A stretch of 21,866 nucleotides of DNA. Source: Ginkgo biloba. Its lineage: Eukaryota > Plantae > Ginkgophyta. The position numbers were made by a program, and so were the translations under genes. The DNA is taken from NCBI GenBank assembly GCA_024626585.2, contig JANKJI020000002.1, forward strand, positions 8,487,240 to 8,509,105. The letters run 5' to 3'. Shown here in pieces: positions 11,295 through 21,866 of the stretch (position 1 is its first letter; each line of letters opens with the position of its first letter). The notes beneath the pieces are model-generated. The model searched no databases. It saw only the letters and a list, made by a program, of their open reading frames with translations, and was not told the origin of the DNA.

Positions 11295-12125
11295 CATAAT
11301 GCTTCCTAAAACCTCATACTAGCTTATTATTTTTATTACTCCAATAATCTTTATTCTAATTTTTANNNNNNNNNNNNNNNNNNNNNNNNNNNNNNNNNNN
11401 NNNNNNNNNNNNNNNNNNNNNNNNNNNNNNNNNNNNNNNNNNNNNNNNNNNNNNNNNNNNNNNNNAAAATATGAGTAAGTATTCACATTAATAAGGATAA
11501 TATTAAGTCCTTAAAGAAGCTAAGATATCCACCTTATTACTAATCTATTGTGTGGCCTTACCCATACTCCTCATATATAGTAAGTGAAAGGCCTCTATAT
11601 AATGACTTGTACCACATTATCAAAGGAGAAAAAGGACAAAGCCTGGGGAGTAAAATATATATGAATTATCAAAACCGTAATTCAAATAATATGTAAAATG
11701 ATTATATTCCTTTATTTAAATTTGTGGGGTTTTATTTCCTTTGGGAGAATAAAGTTGGAAAACAACAAAATCATATACAATTTTTTTACCATTGTTATCC
11801 CTATTGAGCTTGTCCTAAACAAAAATATATTCCAAGGATAAGCATTTTGAAGTTATTAAGTTACTAAGGGTCTTAAATATATAAAAATTAGGATGTCAAT
11901 TAATTTATAGATTAAATAAATGATTACAATGAATTCAATATAATATAGAAGTATATATATATTATTAAGAGAGGGAAGTATATTTGTTTATAATTTGATC
12001 AATTTGTAGTATGTTTTCTAAACCATAGATGGAATGTGCATCTTATTTAAATTAAATCACTTGCCTAGTTTTTATGTAATAATTCAAACCTTTGAATTCA
12101 CATTAGTCCTTATATAGGTATTACA
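11295..12125 (+). mobile_element. Putative 3' LTR of the copia element
   Basis: Follows the pol end and a PPT-like gaatgagggtga (11282-11293); begins cataat (decayed TGTAAT?) and ends ggtattaca (12117-12125); internal TATA-like motifs at ~11573-11602. No partner LTR. Confidence 0.3.
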
Positions 12126-12542
12126 ACAAACTAATCCATAAGGAGTTATGTCTAACCAAGTAGAAAAAGAAAGGGGAGGTAATTATCCTTAGGAGACTAC
12201 TAGGGTGTTTAGTTGAAAATACCCATACATACGCATGATGTACTAAAGAGTATATAGGACCTTCGGAATGACATGAGATACTTTATTATTGATATTTACC
12301 ATACAATAAAAAATCAATATGTTACCATACATAGACTTAAGTGAGGATATCCCTCTGAGGAACAAAATATCCCACCTTAGACTTTTAGACATCCTTGTTA
12401 AAAATCTTGTAATTAATTAGATCATAAGATATTTAGGAGTGATGATGGTTATGAAATGGATATAAATATCATATCACTCTATCATAAACAAAGAGGTGTT
12501 GTGTTAGATAAAGAGGAATGTCCTAAAATAAGTGGGGGATGG

Positions 12543-13927
12543 GATGTAGAACATGGGAAAAAGAACCCAACCTTTACTTTTAAGGGCATAGATCAAGTTG
12601 GGACATATGTAGAAGTGTGATTACATGGAATTGAAATATTCTTTACTTTAAATGATTTTATAGAGAGATAGAACACTCAAGTAATAGTCTATCAAGTAAA
12701 AAGATCATCATTGATGTGGTGGAAGCACCGTATAGATATGAATAAATTTGATGAAAATAATTTTCCTGGGGAGAGTATTAGGAGGTAATTTAAGAAAGAA
12801 TTTCTATTAGTACATTAATATAAAAATAAGAAAATTAAGTTTTTTAATTTGCAATAAAGTTAACTAGGCTTAGAGTATTAAATTAATAAGTTCATAGAGA
12901 TATCAAGGTATTATCCCTATATTAAGGACATATGCATTTAGATTAATCATTTTATGAAAGGCCTTAATCCTTTGTATAGGGATAGGATGTTTTCATTAAA
13001 TCCTGCATCCATATCCTATACTATATGCATGGTTAGGTACTTTTAATGTTAATAAGGCTACTAAGATAGCTAAATCTAAAAAAAATAGTTCTAGGAGAAC
13101 TATGAAATAAGAAAGATAATAAAAGGAAAGGTAGTAAATATCCCTATAAAGGAATATACATTAGGTCTAATGAAAGTCCATAAATTAGAGCACCATCTAT
13201 GAAAGACTCTTAATCTATAGAATTATTCTAGTATAAGAAACATATTTATCTTGAATTTAAGAGGAGGTAAGAACCCTTACAATAAATATAGAGTAGAGCT
13301 ATTATGGATAGTTCTAGGCATAACACTAGTGGAATACATATATTTATAGCAATATATGGCCATAAGGAGGATCTTCAATCATTATTGGTTCACCTAATAG
13401 GTATGATATTTATTTTATATATTAATATCTTAATAGATTGTGGTAAAATACATAGTCATGTATACACAACAGTTATATCTAATTTCTCCCATAATAGTTA
13501 GTAAATATTATATATGTATACATAAAAAATAAAATAAAAAATCTATGGTATGTACAAATGGATATGGTACTGAAACAAAAGTGACCTAGTTTATATCTCC
13601 ATATGCATTAAAATTATATGGTTACATTGTAGAAGATAAATTTTATGTTTTATCTTTAAGAACTTATGATGTTATTTCATGCCAAGAGTAGTTCATATAA
13701 CATGAAGTTTTGATCAATTATAGAAATAAGACTATAGAAGTAATCTTACTTAAGGTAGGAAGGGTTGAATTTCAAGGTTTAAGATTAAATATTAATACTT
13801 TAAAACTATCCTTCATGTAGCAAATAAATGCATAAAGAAAGGTTATCAAGAGGTCATAGATTTCGTAGAGGAAGTAGATAAGGATAAGGATTTGAGTCCC
13901 AAAGATTATCCCTTCCTTATAGATTGA
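12543..13927 (+). mobile_element. Ty3/gypsy gag-protease remnant (pseudogenised), truncated before RT
   Basis: Frame from 12543: FKGIDQVGTYVEV*LHGIEIFFTLNDF..VYQVKRSSLMWW..FKKEFL..KKIKFFNLQ*..EY*INKFIEISRYYPYIKD..INHFMKGLNPLYRD (retrotransposon gag pattern). ORF 13304-13501 contains ILIDCGKIHSHV (decayed retropepsin LIDSGATHSF). Then FYVLSLRTYDVISCQE*FI*HEVLINYRNKT (cf. YDVILGMDWL..H.A.IDC) and CIKKGYQ...DYPFLID, the usual protease-RT linker. Confidence 0.8.
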
Positions 13928-14431
13928 ACCAACTAAAGTCAAACTAGGTATCTTAAAATTATGTTCATTTTCTTTAATATGTAAATTTATGGGGCTTTGG
14001 ACAAAGTCTAAAACCTTTTATGATTGGATTGTAAGAAACTGGAAGCTCAAACTAAAAGTAGATGTTGAAGTTATCCTTTGTGCTAGGGGTTATTTTATCT
14101 CAGTCTTTGATTCTGAAGGAGATAAAAATTCCATCTTTGAGGGTGGTCCTTGGTTCCTAAATAGATCAGGGTTGTTTCTCAAATTATGGTCCATCAATTT
14201 TGACCCAATAGAAGAATCAATCTCCTTACTCTCGATTTGGGTTCACCTTCCTTTTATCCCTTTGGAGTTTTGGGAATCCTCCATCCTTGAAGACATTAGG
14301 AATTTGTTAGGAAAATTTATCAAGATCTTAAAACTGACTAAATAGAGAAAAATTACGACCTATGCTAGAATTTGCATAGAAATAAACCTAGAGGCTAACC
14401 TCCTAGACTTCATTAACCTTTCCATTTGGGA
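13911..14431 (+). mobile_element. Plant LINE (L1-clade) ORF1 fragment, DUF4283 domain, pseudogenised
   Basis: LICKFMGLW..WIVRNW..CARGYFISVFDSEGDKNSIFEGGPWF..GLFLKLWSINFDP..IWVHLPFIPLEFW..ILEDIRNLLGKFIK, then through the stop at 14343-14345 in the same frame RKITTYARICIEINL. These are hallmark DUF4283/ORF1 motifs (GPW, WV.LP.LP, ARICVE.DL). Ends at an N gap. Confidence 0.9.
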
Positions 14432-15320
14432 NNNNNNNNNNNNNNNNNNNNNNNNNNNNNNNNNNNNNNNNNNNNNNNNNNNNNNNNNNNNNNNNNNNNN
14501 NNNNNNNNNNNNNNNNNNNNNNNNNNNNNNNACTACACCTATTGTAAAGTGGATTTTTCATGTTAAGGATGAAGTGTGATTGCTTGGGCATGGATTTAAG
14601 TATTTCTTTAAGCAGGGCTATTTTGAATGATCAACAAGATGGTGAATCCATTGGGAATGTTAAATACAAACCTTAATGGTACAGTGTGACAGACCCAGTG
14701 ATTAAAATTTTTTAATGAAGGCCCATTGGATGATGATAGAACATAATGGATTCTACTTTCAAGTTTGGATTCATAGTGAGCATCTCATTTCTCCAAATAT
14801 AACTAGTAATTTAGATTTGTGCAACCCACTAAGGGTAGTGTAACCCAAGGGGAAAGTTGTTGATCCCATTTTGGGTTAACACAATAGAATGTGTAAGTGG
14901 AGGATAGATTCACTTTAGTTGAGGAACAAGATTAGGAGTTAAACCTTGAGTTAATGGATTTGCATGCATCATCGAGGGAGGCATTTTTAAGAGATAAGAT
15001 GAGGACCTAAGGGTGTAATGTAGAAGTCAAGGAGCTTCTCCCTAATTTCTCTACATGATCTTATTGGAACTAGGGAATACCTCCATGACCCAAGAAGCAT
15101 ACATATACCTAAAGGTATTCTCAGGTGGGACTAGGAGATGACATCATCCACTGGGATTAAGAAATATCTTCATGAGCTAGGTGATAATTTTGAGCCATGG
15201 AGATACTCCCTAAATACTTCTTATGCTCTTGGTGGAAACAGGAAGTAAGGATGGCACTAGGGAGTTGGGTGATGAGTGAGGCTACTAGGGAGTTCCTTTT
15301 AAAGATAAGAACTCAATTGT

Positions 15321-15955
15321 AGGGAGGTTCAAGATAATCTAGGAATGACCAAGGTTGTGAAGGGGGCCCATAATGCAACTAAAGTATATTTAAAGCATGT
15401 GCACCAAGGAGAGACAAGAACTACTCCTAGAGGCTCTATGAATTCTTGGTATGATTAGGAAGGGACAAAGACCTAGGAAAGATGCTCCTAGTAGCCTTTC
15501 ACAATATTAATGTGATTAGAAAAGATCAAAGTGATCCAAGAACATGCATAGTCCTTAAGGGCCCTGTGGCACCAATAATGAATACTTAAATCACATGAAC
15601 CAAGGAGACTCAAAGTGACCTAAGAAGGATTATCTTGGTATCCTTTGTAGTCCTAGTGTAATCAAGGAGGCTTCAAATGGTCTAGGAGAGTGCATAATCT
15701 TTAATGGACCCACAACACCACTAATAAAGACTTAAAGAATGTATGCTAAGGAGGGACAAATACCTAGGAAGGTTGTTCCTAGTATCCTTTTGTAGTCTTA
15801 ATGTAATCAAGGAGACTTAAAATATCCAAGAAGGATACTCCTAATAGCCTTTCGCATTCCTAGTGTAATTAGGAAGGTTCAAAAAGACTTAGAAGGGTGC
15901 ATAGTTATTAAGGGGCCCATAACATCACTAATGTATATTTTTAACATGTATTCTT
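15321..15955 (+). repeat. Higher-order tandem repeat of two related monomers (A ~61 bp, B ~85 bp), order B-a-A-B-A-B-A-A-B
   Basis: Unit starts at about 15322, 15407, 15457, 15518, 15603, 15665, 15749, 15810, 15871. All share a head like AGGAGGnnCAAAnGACCTAGGA. A continues ggatgctcctagtagcctttc..gtgtaatc; B continues gtgcatagt..aaggggcccayaacaccactaatg..cttaaagcatgt. Confidence 0.85.
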
Positions 15956-16230
15956 GAGATAAGAAAGTTATTTCTTCTTGGATCTAATTTCATTTTCTAA
16001 TTCAACCATGAAGCGCCTTTATTGGCTAGGACATATTTGACTCCTACCTAGGCTAGGGGGCATAGCCTTATGAATTAATTAGATAGAGATAGATATTAAT
16101 GTCTCATGAAGCGAATGGGAGGAAGATCTCTAGGATGGTACCATGGAAGTTATCATATCTCCACTTGCTCACATAGCTTGGATCATTAATAGTCCCTAAT
16201 TTAAAGCATAGTAGCTAATATGATCAGCCT

Positions 16231-16270
16231 TCTATATATAGTACCTCCACCTTATCACATAAAAGGTGGC
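16231..16270 (+). promoter_or_regulatory. LTR-like TATA box followed by a short hairpin
   Basis: TATATATA at 16233-16240, then ccacctt (16247-16253) / aaggtgg (16263-16269) inverted repeat; the arrangement resembles a plant LTR U3/R junction. Cut by a gap. Confidence 0.3.
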
Positions 16271-16924
16271 ATAANNNNNNNNNNNNNNNNNNNNNNNNNN
16301 NNNNNNNNNNNNNNNNNNNNNNNNNNNNNNNNNNNNNNNNNNNNNNNNNNNNNNNNNNNNNNNNNNNNNNNNNNTTCATTCTCTTATATGGTCGCTTTCT
16401 CATTAGTTGTATATTTTCAAAGCTATAGGATAATTTTACTCATAATGTATTTTTAAATTTTAAATATAGTAAAAATAAATCATCCAAGATAAAATCATCT
16501 ATGTATTTTTACATGCATGTGCATGTGTGAACAAGATGAAGAGGTCCTTTTTCTTTAGATTTTCTTAAATTTTAAAGATTGTAATAATTAATTTATGATA
16601 TTATTATTATGTGGAGTACATAATCATAGTATTATAAAGTATAATAAAATAAAATAGTATAAACAAAATATCCAGTAGCTAGCATTCAAACAACTTATGA
16701 ACAAAAATTGATTTTCATTTCTTCACCAACTTTCTCTATGTCATCCAAACGTTCTTCATCAATATTGTTTATTGTGCTCAGCAATACAATTTTATTATGA
16801 CAATACCATAATAATATGTTATCATTATCTATGTTATTTTCAATTAGAATATTTGGAGGAATAACTATAGTATCAATCTCATTATCATTAGGAATTACTT
16901 CCTCAGTGTTATCACCCATTTTTG

Positions 16925-18080
16925 TGCCTTTGTATTTGCACTACTCATTTGGGTGATTTTTGTGATTATTGTGTACATATATGGGGATACATTACATATT
17001 TAACACATTGTCATAGTTCATCGATGCATTGTTTGGGCCATGCTTTCTTATGTTTACATCTTATTTTGTGATATTTCTCTAGTTCTTTCTCTTATTTTAT
17101 AGTCATGCATTATCCACATATTGCTCCCATAAATTTATTTTGTGATCCTTCACATGGCCCTTTTATATCTATACATATCTCATTATTTGAAAGATTGACA
17201 TCATATTTTATCTTGCCACATGGTCTCTTTACACAATAGGACATGGATCATAATCATTATATGATGTTTCATTAGTTTATTCATGTTGTACATTACTTGA
17301 CATGCATTCATAGTTTTTTGTTTATGCTATCATTGGTTATGGATGATTGTGATATTATCATTGTATAACACATAGGTTCATATCCAATGAGAGTTTATGT
17401 TATATTAAGACATATCCTTGTGGCACTCTATGAGTTTCCAACATATTTAAGCTCACGAGGCTCATTTATTATGTAAATATCCATTATGTACAAGGTTAAA
17501 AGTAGGGGGTATCTATTATGTAACTGACATTATCACCTAAAGTATTTCATCAAGACATCTTCCTTTTACTTCTTACAGAGAGATCAATTGAGAAGACTTA
17601 GAACTGAACATTCATAAGGCTTAAAAATCATTATGGACAAGGGTTTATATCTTTATATTATTGAGGTATGTTGACCATTCCTTTTGGTGTATTTACTTCT
17701 TACAAGAGAGAAGGAAAGGAGGAGGAGGAGAGGATTAACATTCATTCTATTATATGATCCTCATTTAGTAATAACATTCATATTTTCTTTCCACCTTATC
17801 TCCATCAATAAAGATACTTCTTTAAGATCAAACTCTTATTCTAATTAAATTATTACCATTATTTTTTATTAAGGTTAAGATCATTAAGTATCAATATACT
17901 TCCATTTGTTTCTTTATAGCACATCTTATCGTATTCTCTTTCACATTCATTATTACAAGTGTTGTCATCTATCAAGGATTTTATTTCATCCCTCCAAGGA
18001 AGTAACATCATCTAGGGAGACTTTCATCCATCTTGTATAAGGACCTCTTCCCCTAAACTTAGTCAAATTTGCTATGATAT
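16925..18080 (+). mobile_element. Putative 3' UTR, polypurine tract and 3' LTR remnant of an LTR retrotransposon
   Basis: PPT-like aaaagtaggggg (17498-17509) followed shortly by TGTAAC at 17519; non-coding on both sides. Boundaries approximate and no second LTR. Confidence 0.3.
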
Positions 18081-18180
18081 AAAATTAGTAGATTTATCCT
18101 ATTTATATTTATAGGGGTTATTATTTAATATAACATAATTGGTGACCATATTATATTTTATGATGATTTTTTAGGTAATA

Positions 18181-18211
18181 CTAGTACATGCCCGTGGCAA
18201 ATAATTGCCAC
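18181..18211 (-). mobile_element. Helitron-type 3' terminus (decayed hairpin + CTAG|T)
   Basis: Minus strand: gtggcaa-ttat-ttgccac ggg catgta CTAG|T; 7-bp stem retained. Confidence 0.7.
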
Positions 18212-18540
18212 ATTGTAGTTTTCATTATTTATGGCCAATAGTTATGAAGTTTAGCTACAATTAACTTGTAATTTTTTAATCAAAGCATTGCTTTTATGGA
18301 ATCAATCTCAATATTTTGGCCTAATTTTGTCAATCCCATTCATGAAAGTTGGCAAAAGAAGTTTATTTATATGATATATCAAATGAAATTTAAATAGAAA
18401 TGAAAATTCATAAAAAGAGATATATAATGACTCTAAGGCTTAACAATAATGCTATATAAAACCAAAATACATGTGAAACTTGATAATAATATCATATGAA
18501 ACAAAAAATAATACTAAAAATAATTATATTTATAAAAATA

Positions 18541-18575
18541 CTAGTCCTCACCCGTGGCAAATACTTGCCACGAGT
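18541..18575 (-). mobile_element. Helitron-type 3' terminus (hairpin + CTAG|T)
   Basis: Minus strand: actcgtggcaa-gtat-ttgccacgggt gagga CTAG|T; 10 of 11 stem pairs, GC-rich hairpin ~10 nt from a CTRR end followed by T, the canonical Helitron 3' signature. The element body would extend to higher coordinates. Confidence 0.8.
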
Positions 18576-21500
18576 CAAATCTTAAACTTTGTGACAAAAT
18601 AATCTTGTGAAGAGGGTATTCTATGCGCAGGAAAGAAATGCTAATGTCTGAAAATAAATGGTTGTGGAATCCTTGTTTTTTAATGTGATCATAGAGTGAA
18701 ATCACAACATCCCTCCCCTCCATCCATTCTCTCTTCTTCGACAATCATCTTTGAAGGATTGAAGCATGCATTTGACAGATTGAAGACAAGAACTAAAAGT
18801 TTGCATTTTAAAGTTGAAATTGATATGCAAATGAAATGGGGTTGCATCACCCACTATTGAATTGAATTGGATCAATGAAATGCAATGCAGGAAAAGGAAT
18901 TTGAGATTTATATTTCATTTACCTTAAACAATAATTATCTTTCATTCTATTTGAGCCACTCATGGAGGCATTCACATAGAATTTAAACAGTTAAAATGCA
19001 CTGATTGTTGACACTTCTAGAAATAAATAAATAGGAACAAAATCCAAGTATTGAGGCTCTGTACAATATAAAAAATAAACAAATCTTCTAGTAATTCCTT
19101 AAGATAAATGCATTCAAATAGATGCTCAAATTCTTTATGGATTTAAACCCTATAAACTCGTTTATGTGATGTAAAAAAGGTATAAAAACACAATACAAAA
19201 AATACCTTCAGCAAGCTACACGACAATTACCATATACCATGAAAAATTCTCCAGCTACACACTATGAGTCTTATATATTATGTAGTTATTTGAGTAATCT
19301 TGTTGTTTTACAATCACTCATGGATATTTGTAGGCATTGTGAATTTACATTCTCTACTACTAAGCTCATTTACAATATGAAATGAATATATGTATTTATT
19401 CTTGAACAATAGTCTCTACAACATTGTTTTGAACTATTTTGGACTGAATAAACACTATGTTATTAGCTCAAACTACATATTGACCACATTTGTCAAAGTC
19501 TTTAAATGTACTTGAACAATTTGTAGATAAGATTTTTATTATCGATCCAATGAGTACGCATATGAATGATCGACAGGGGTATGCAAATAATTATATCAAA
19601 TAATTATGATATAAGATCACAAATAGTCATAATAGAGTGTGCTGGGAAGAATCATTAAAATAAATTAAAAAAAAAAAAAGATAAAGAGAGAATAATAGAA
19701 TATTTTTGGTGCACTTGTTATCAAAGAAAAGATAGATGGGATGTGGGGAATTTGTTTCTCACAAGAGAAGTACGTGAACCACGTGATTCTTGAAATGCTT
19801 TCTTTTTATAAAGAAAGTTAAAAATGTTGATGAACTAATGAAGAAATGAGAATAATGCGAGCCCTTTTATAGTGTAAATATATACAAATTAGATTTAGTT
19901 TTTTATACATTAGTTGGGGATGTCATTTAGGCCTAAAAATGTCCCTTAATGTTAAGAACTTGAACACCTTTATTATAGCTCCCTTGCGAGTCTAAATGAA
20001 GCCATTTAAAGATGATTATGCTCCTAGCTTCAAGGTTTCTTTATGATGTTCTCGAAGGTCCAATTATGTATTGCGAACACAAAATGCCCACCCTTCTCAA
20101 TATACTTTGACCTTAAAGAATTTTTAGGTTTGATGGATTTTTATATGCAATTTTCTTCCAGCAAGTTCTCCCATAGTTATTCTTAATGGTCTTAGTTCAC
20201 ACTCAAATTTGATTATACTGTTACCAAAACTTCTCAAAGCTANNNNNNNNNNNNNNNNNNNNNNNNNNNNNNNNNNNNNNNNNNNNNNNNTATAAAAATT
20301 TCATAAAATTTTGAAATAAAAATAGGTTAAATTACCTCTAATCATCCACCACTTGTAGAAATACTAAATTTAGATTTAAAATCTACACTATGTTCCTAGA
20401 GTGAATACAAGGTCATATTGTGGCCACTTTTTACTCTCCTTATATGAATTTGGGGAAGGAAAATATAATTTTCTTAATATGCAAAATATTTTCAGAAATT
20501 TATGGGTTTTATCTTAAAATTTTAAAATTACATTCATAGCCTTATAAAGAACTTCATAACCTTAGGTAAACTTGTGTTTAGAATTCTAGTTATGTTTTAA
20601 ACCCAAATTGAATTAAACATCGCATGAAATTATTTGCGTGGATATGTACTTTAATGATATGTCCCATTAAATTCATAATGCCTCACGTATCATATAAATA
20701 CCTCTTTATGATCAATCCAAACAAACATGGAGAACATCTTATTATATCCTCTTATCTCATTTTTCGCTTATATCTTATCATTAAACTCTATTACTAGGTC
20801 ATCGAGAAGCCTTATTTTTTTTTTCATATAGAAAAATGCTATTATAAAAGTATTGAATATTATTGAGGAGTTCATATCATATATATCATATGTGATCATT
20901 TATTTCAAATACGACAAGGGAGAAGAGTATGTATCCATCTAGGGTATTAATCTAAATTTGATTAGAATATTTTATGTAGCAATATGGACTAATATAGTTT
21001 CCATTATCATGGACATGGAAGAATTAGACATGGGTGTATCCACCCATGAAACTAAAGTGGTTTTGGCATTTGAAAGAGATCAATTAAGCGCCAATTAAGG
21101 GAACTTCAGGATTCAACATTAATAATAACATTCTTTCCTTTATACTTAGACTCATAGAACTATATGGTTGAATCAAAATAAGGAAATTTAATTCAGCCAT
21201 ATATTAATGGCATGCACCCCCTTATGGGGATTATCCAATCTCTTTGTAAAAGTAATTTATATTGCATGTCATTTTTTGCAACCTCCACATTAATAAGAAA
21301 ATGTTTTACCCCAAAAAATAAATGGAAAACTCTTAAGGGAACCATAAAATAACTTATCTTAAGTGTGAAGAGTATGAACTAGGAGTAAGGTGGAAACATT
21401 CCAAAGTCTTGAAAGTAGATTATGCCATTATTGAGATAATAAAACCATCATAAAAAATGCCTATAAACTTTATGGTGGCCTATATGAACCATGATTTTGA

Positions 21501-21640
21501 AATGGTTGACATATAATAATTTGCTCCTTAAGTAGACTATATGGGTAAAATGTAATGAGATTATTATGGGATACCTCTTTCACATTTAAGATCGTTAACA
21601 ATTGGGCTTCTATTTAGGGCATGATTACAAAAGATCAAGG

Positions 21641-21770
21641 ATAGACCTAGTGGAAGGGATAGTTCCAATATCCTTTTAAACCATATCAAAATTATAATTT
21701 TAATGTTATTATTTTTAATCATAATAAGGTATAGCCCCTTATGGATTAGGAGGTTTGATTTTAATTGGTG
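21641..21770 (+). mobile_element. Possible very decayed Ty3/gypsy pol fragment (start of RT)
   Basis: IDLVEGIVPISF then, with a 1-nt frameshift, KPYQ, resembling I.L.PG..P....PYR at the gypsy RT N-terminus; downstream motifs are not clearly recoverable. Confidence 0.3.
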
Positions 21771-21866
21771 GTTTGGGCCTAAGAATCTATAAAGGAGCAC
21801 TAAATTGGTTGACTTGTAAAGTGGAGAATGAAGGAGTCTTCTTGGCTTATTGAGCCATAAATTTAG

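Noticed and set aside
13989-14345. Intact 118-aa host gene
   Set aside because: Homology to LINE ORF1 extends upstream of the ATG and past the stop codon in the same frame, so it is a pseudogene fragment.
15321-15955. CRISPR-like repeat-spacer array or repetitive coding region
   Set aside because: The 'spacers' fall into two recurring classes, the heads are diverged, and unit lengths of 61 and 85 break frame.
16695-16919. 74-aa acidic, Asn/Ile-rich minus-strand ORF with a good ATG context
   Set aside because: Low complexity and no recognisable motif; may be a TE fragment but cannot be assigned from sequence alone.
18541-18575. Rho-independent terminator
   Set aside because: Eukaryotic context and no U-tract; the hairpin plus CTAG|T spacing fits a Helitron end.
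972-20290. Recurring N runs as a biological pattern, and ORFs that span them
   Set aside because: These are assembly or masking gaps, many about 100 nt; ORFs crossing them are artefacts and contiguity across them is uncertain.

Overview
This is AT-rich, strongly CpG-depleted eukaryotic DNA broken by many N gaps (mostly about 100 nt). I found no intact host gene, RNA gene or CRISPR array. It reads as a plant intergenic 'TE graveyard'; the element types suggest a large-genome seed plant, probably a gymnosperm (inference). Recognisable decayed remnants: a Ty1/copia RNase H end (11039-11286), Ty3/gypsy gag-protease (12543-13927) joined directly to a LINE ORF1 DUF4283 fragment (13911-14431), a long decayed minus-strand ORF resembling the uncharacterised extra ORF of plant LTR retroelements (5055-7225), and weaker gag, LTR and PPT traces. 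The most distinctive non-coding structures are two minus-strand Helitron-type 3' termini exactly 360 bp apart (18181, 18541), an array of ~22-bp units each carrying a 15-bp palindrome (9838-10066), and a two-monomer higher-order tandem repeat of ~61-bp and ~85-bp units (15321-15955). I see no firm evidence for a new functional system. All protein assignments come from manual translation and recalled motifs, not database searches.
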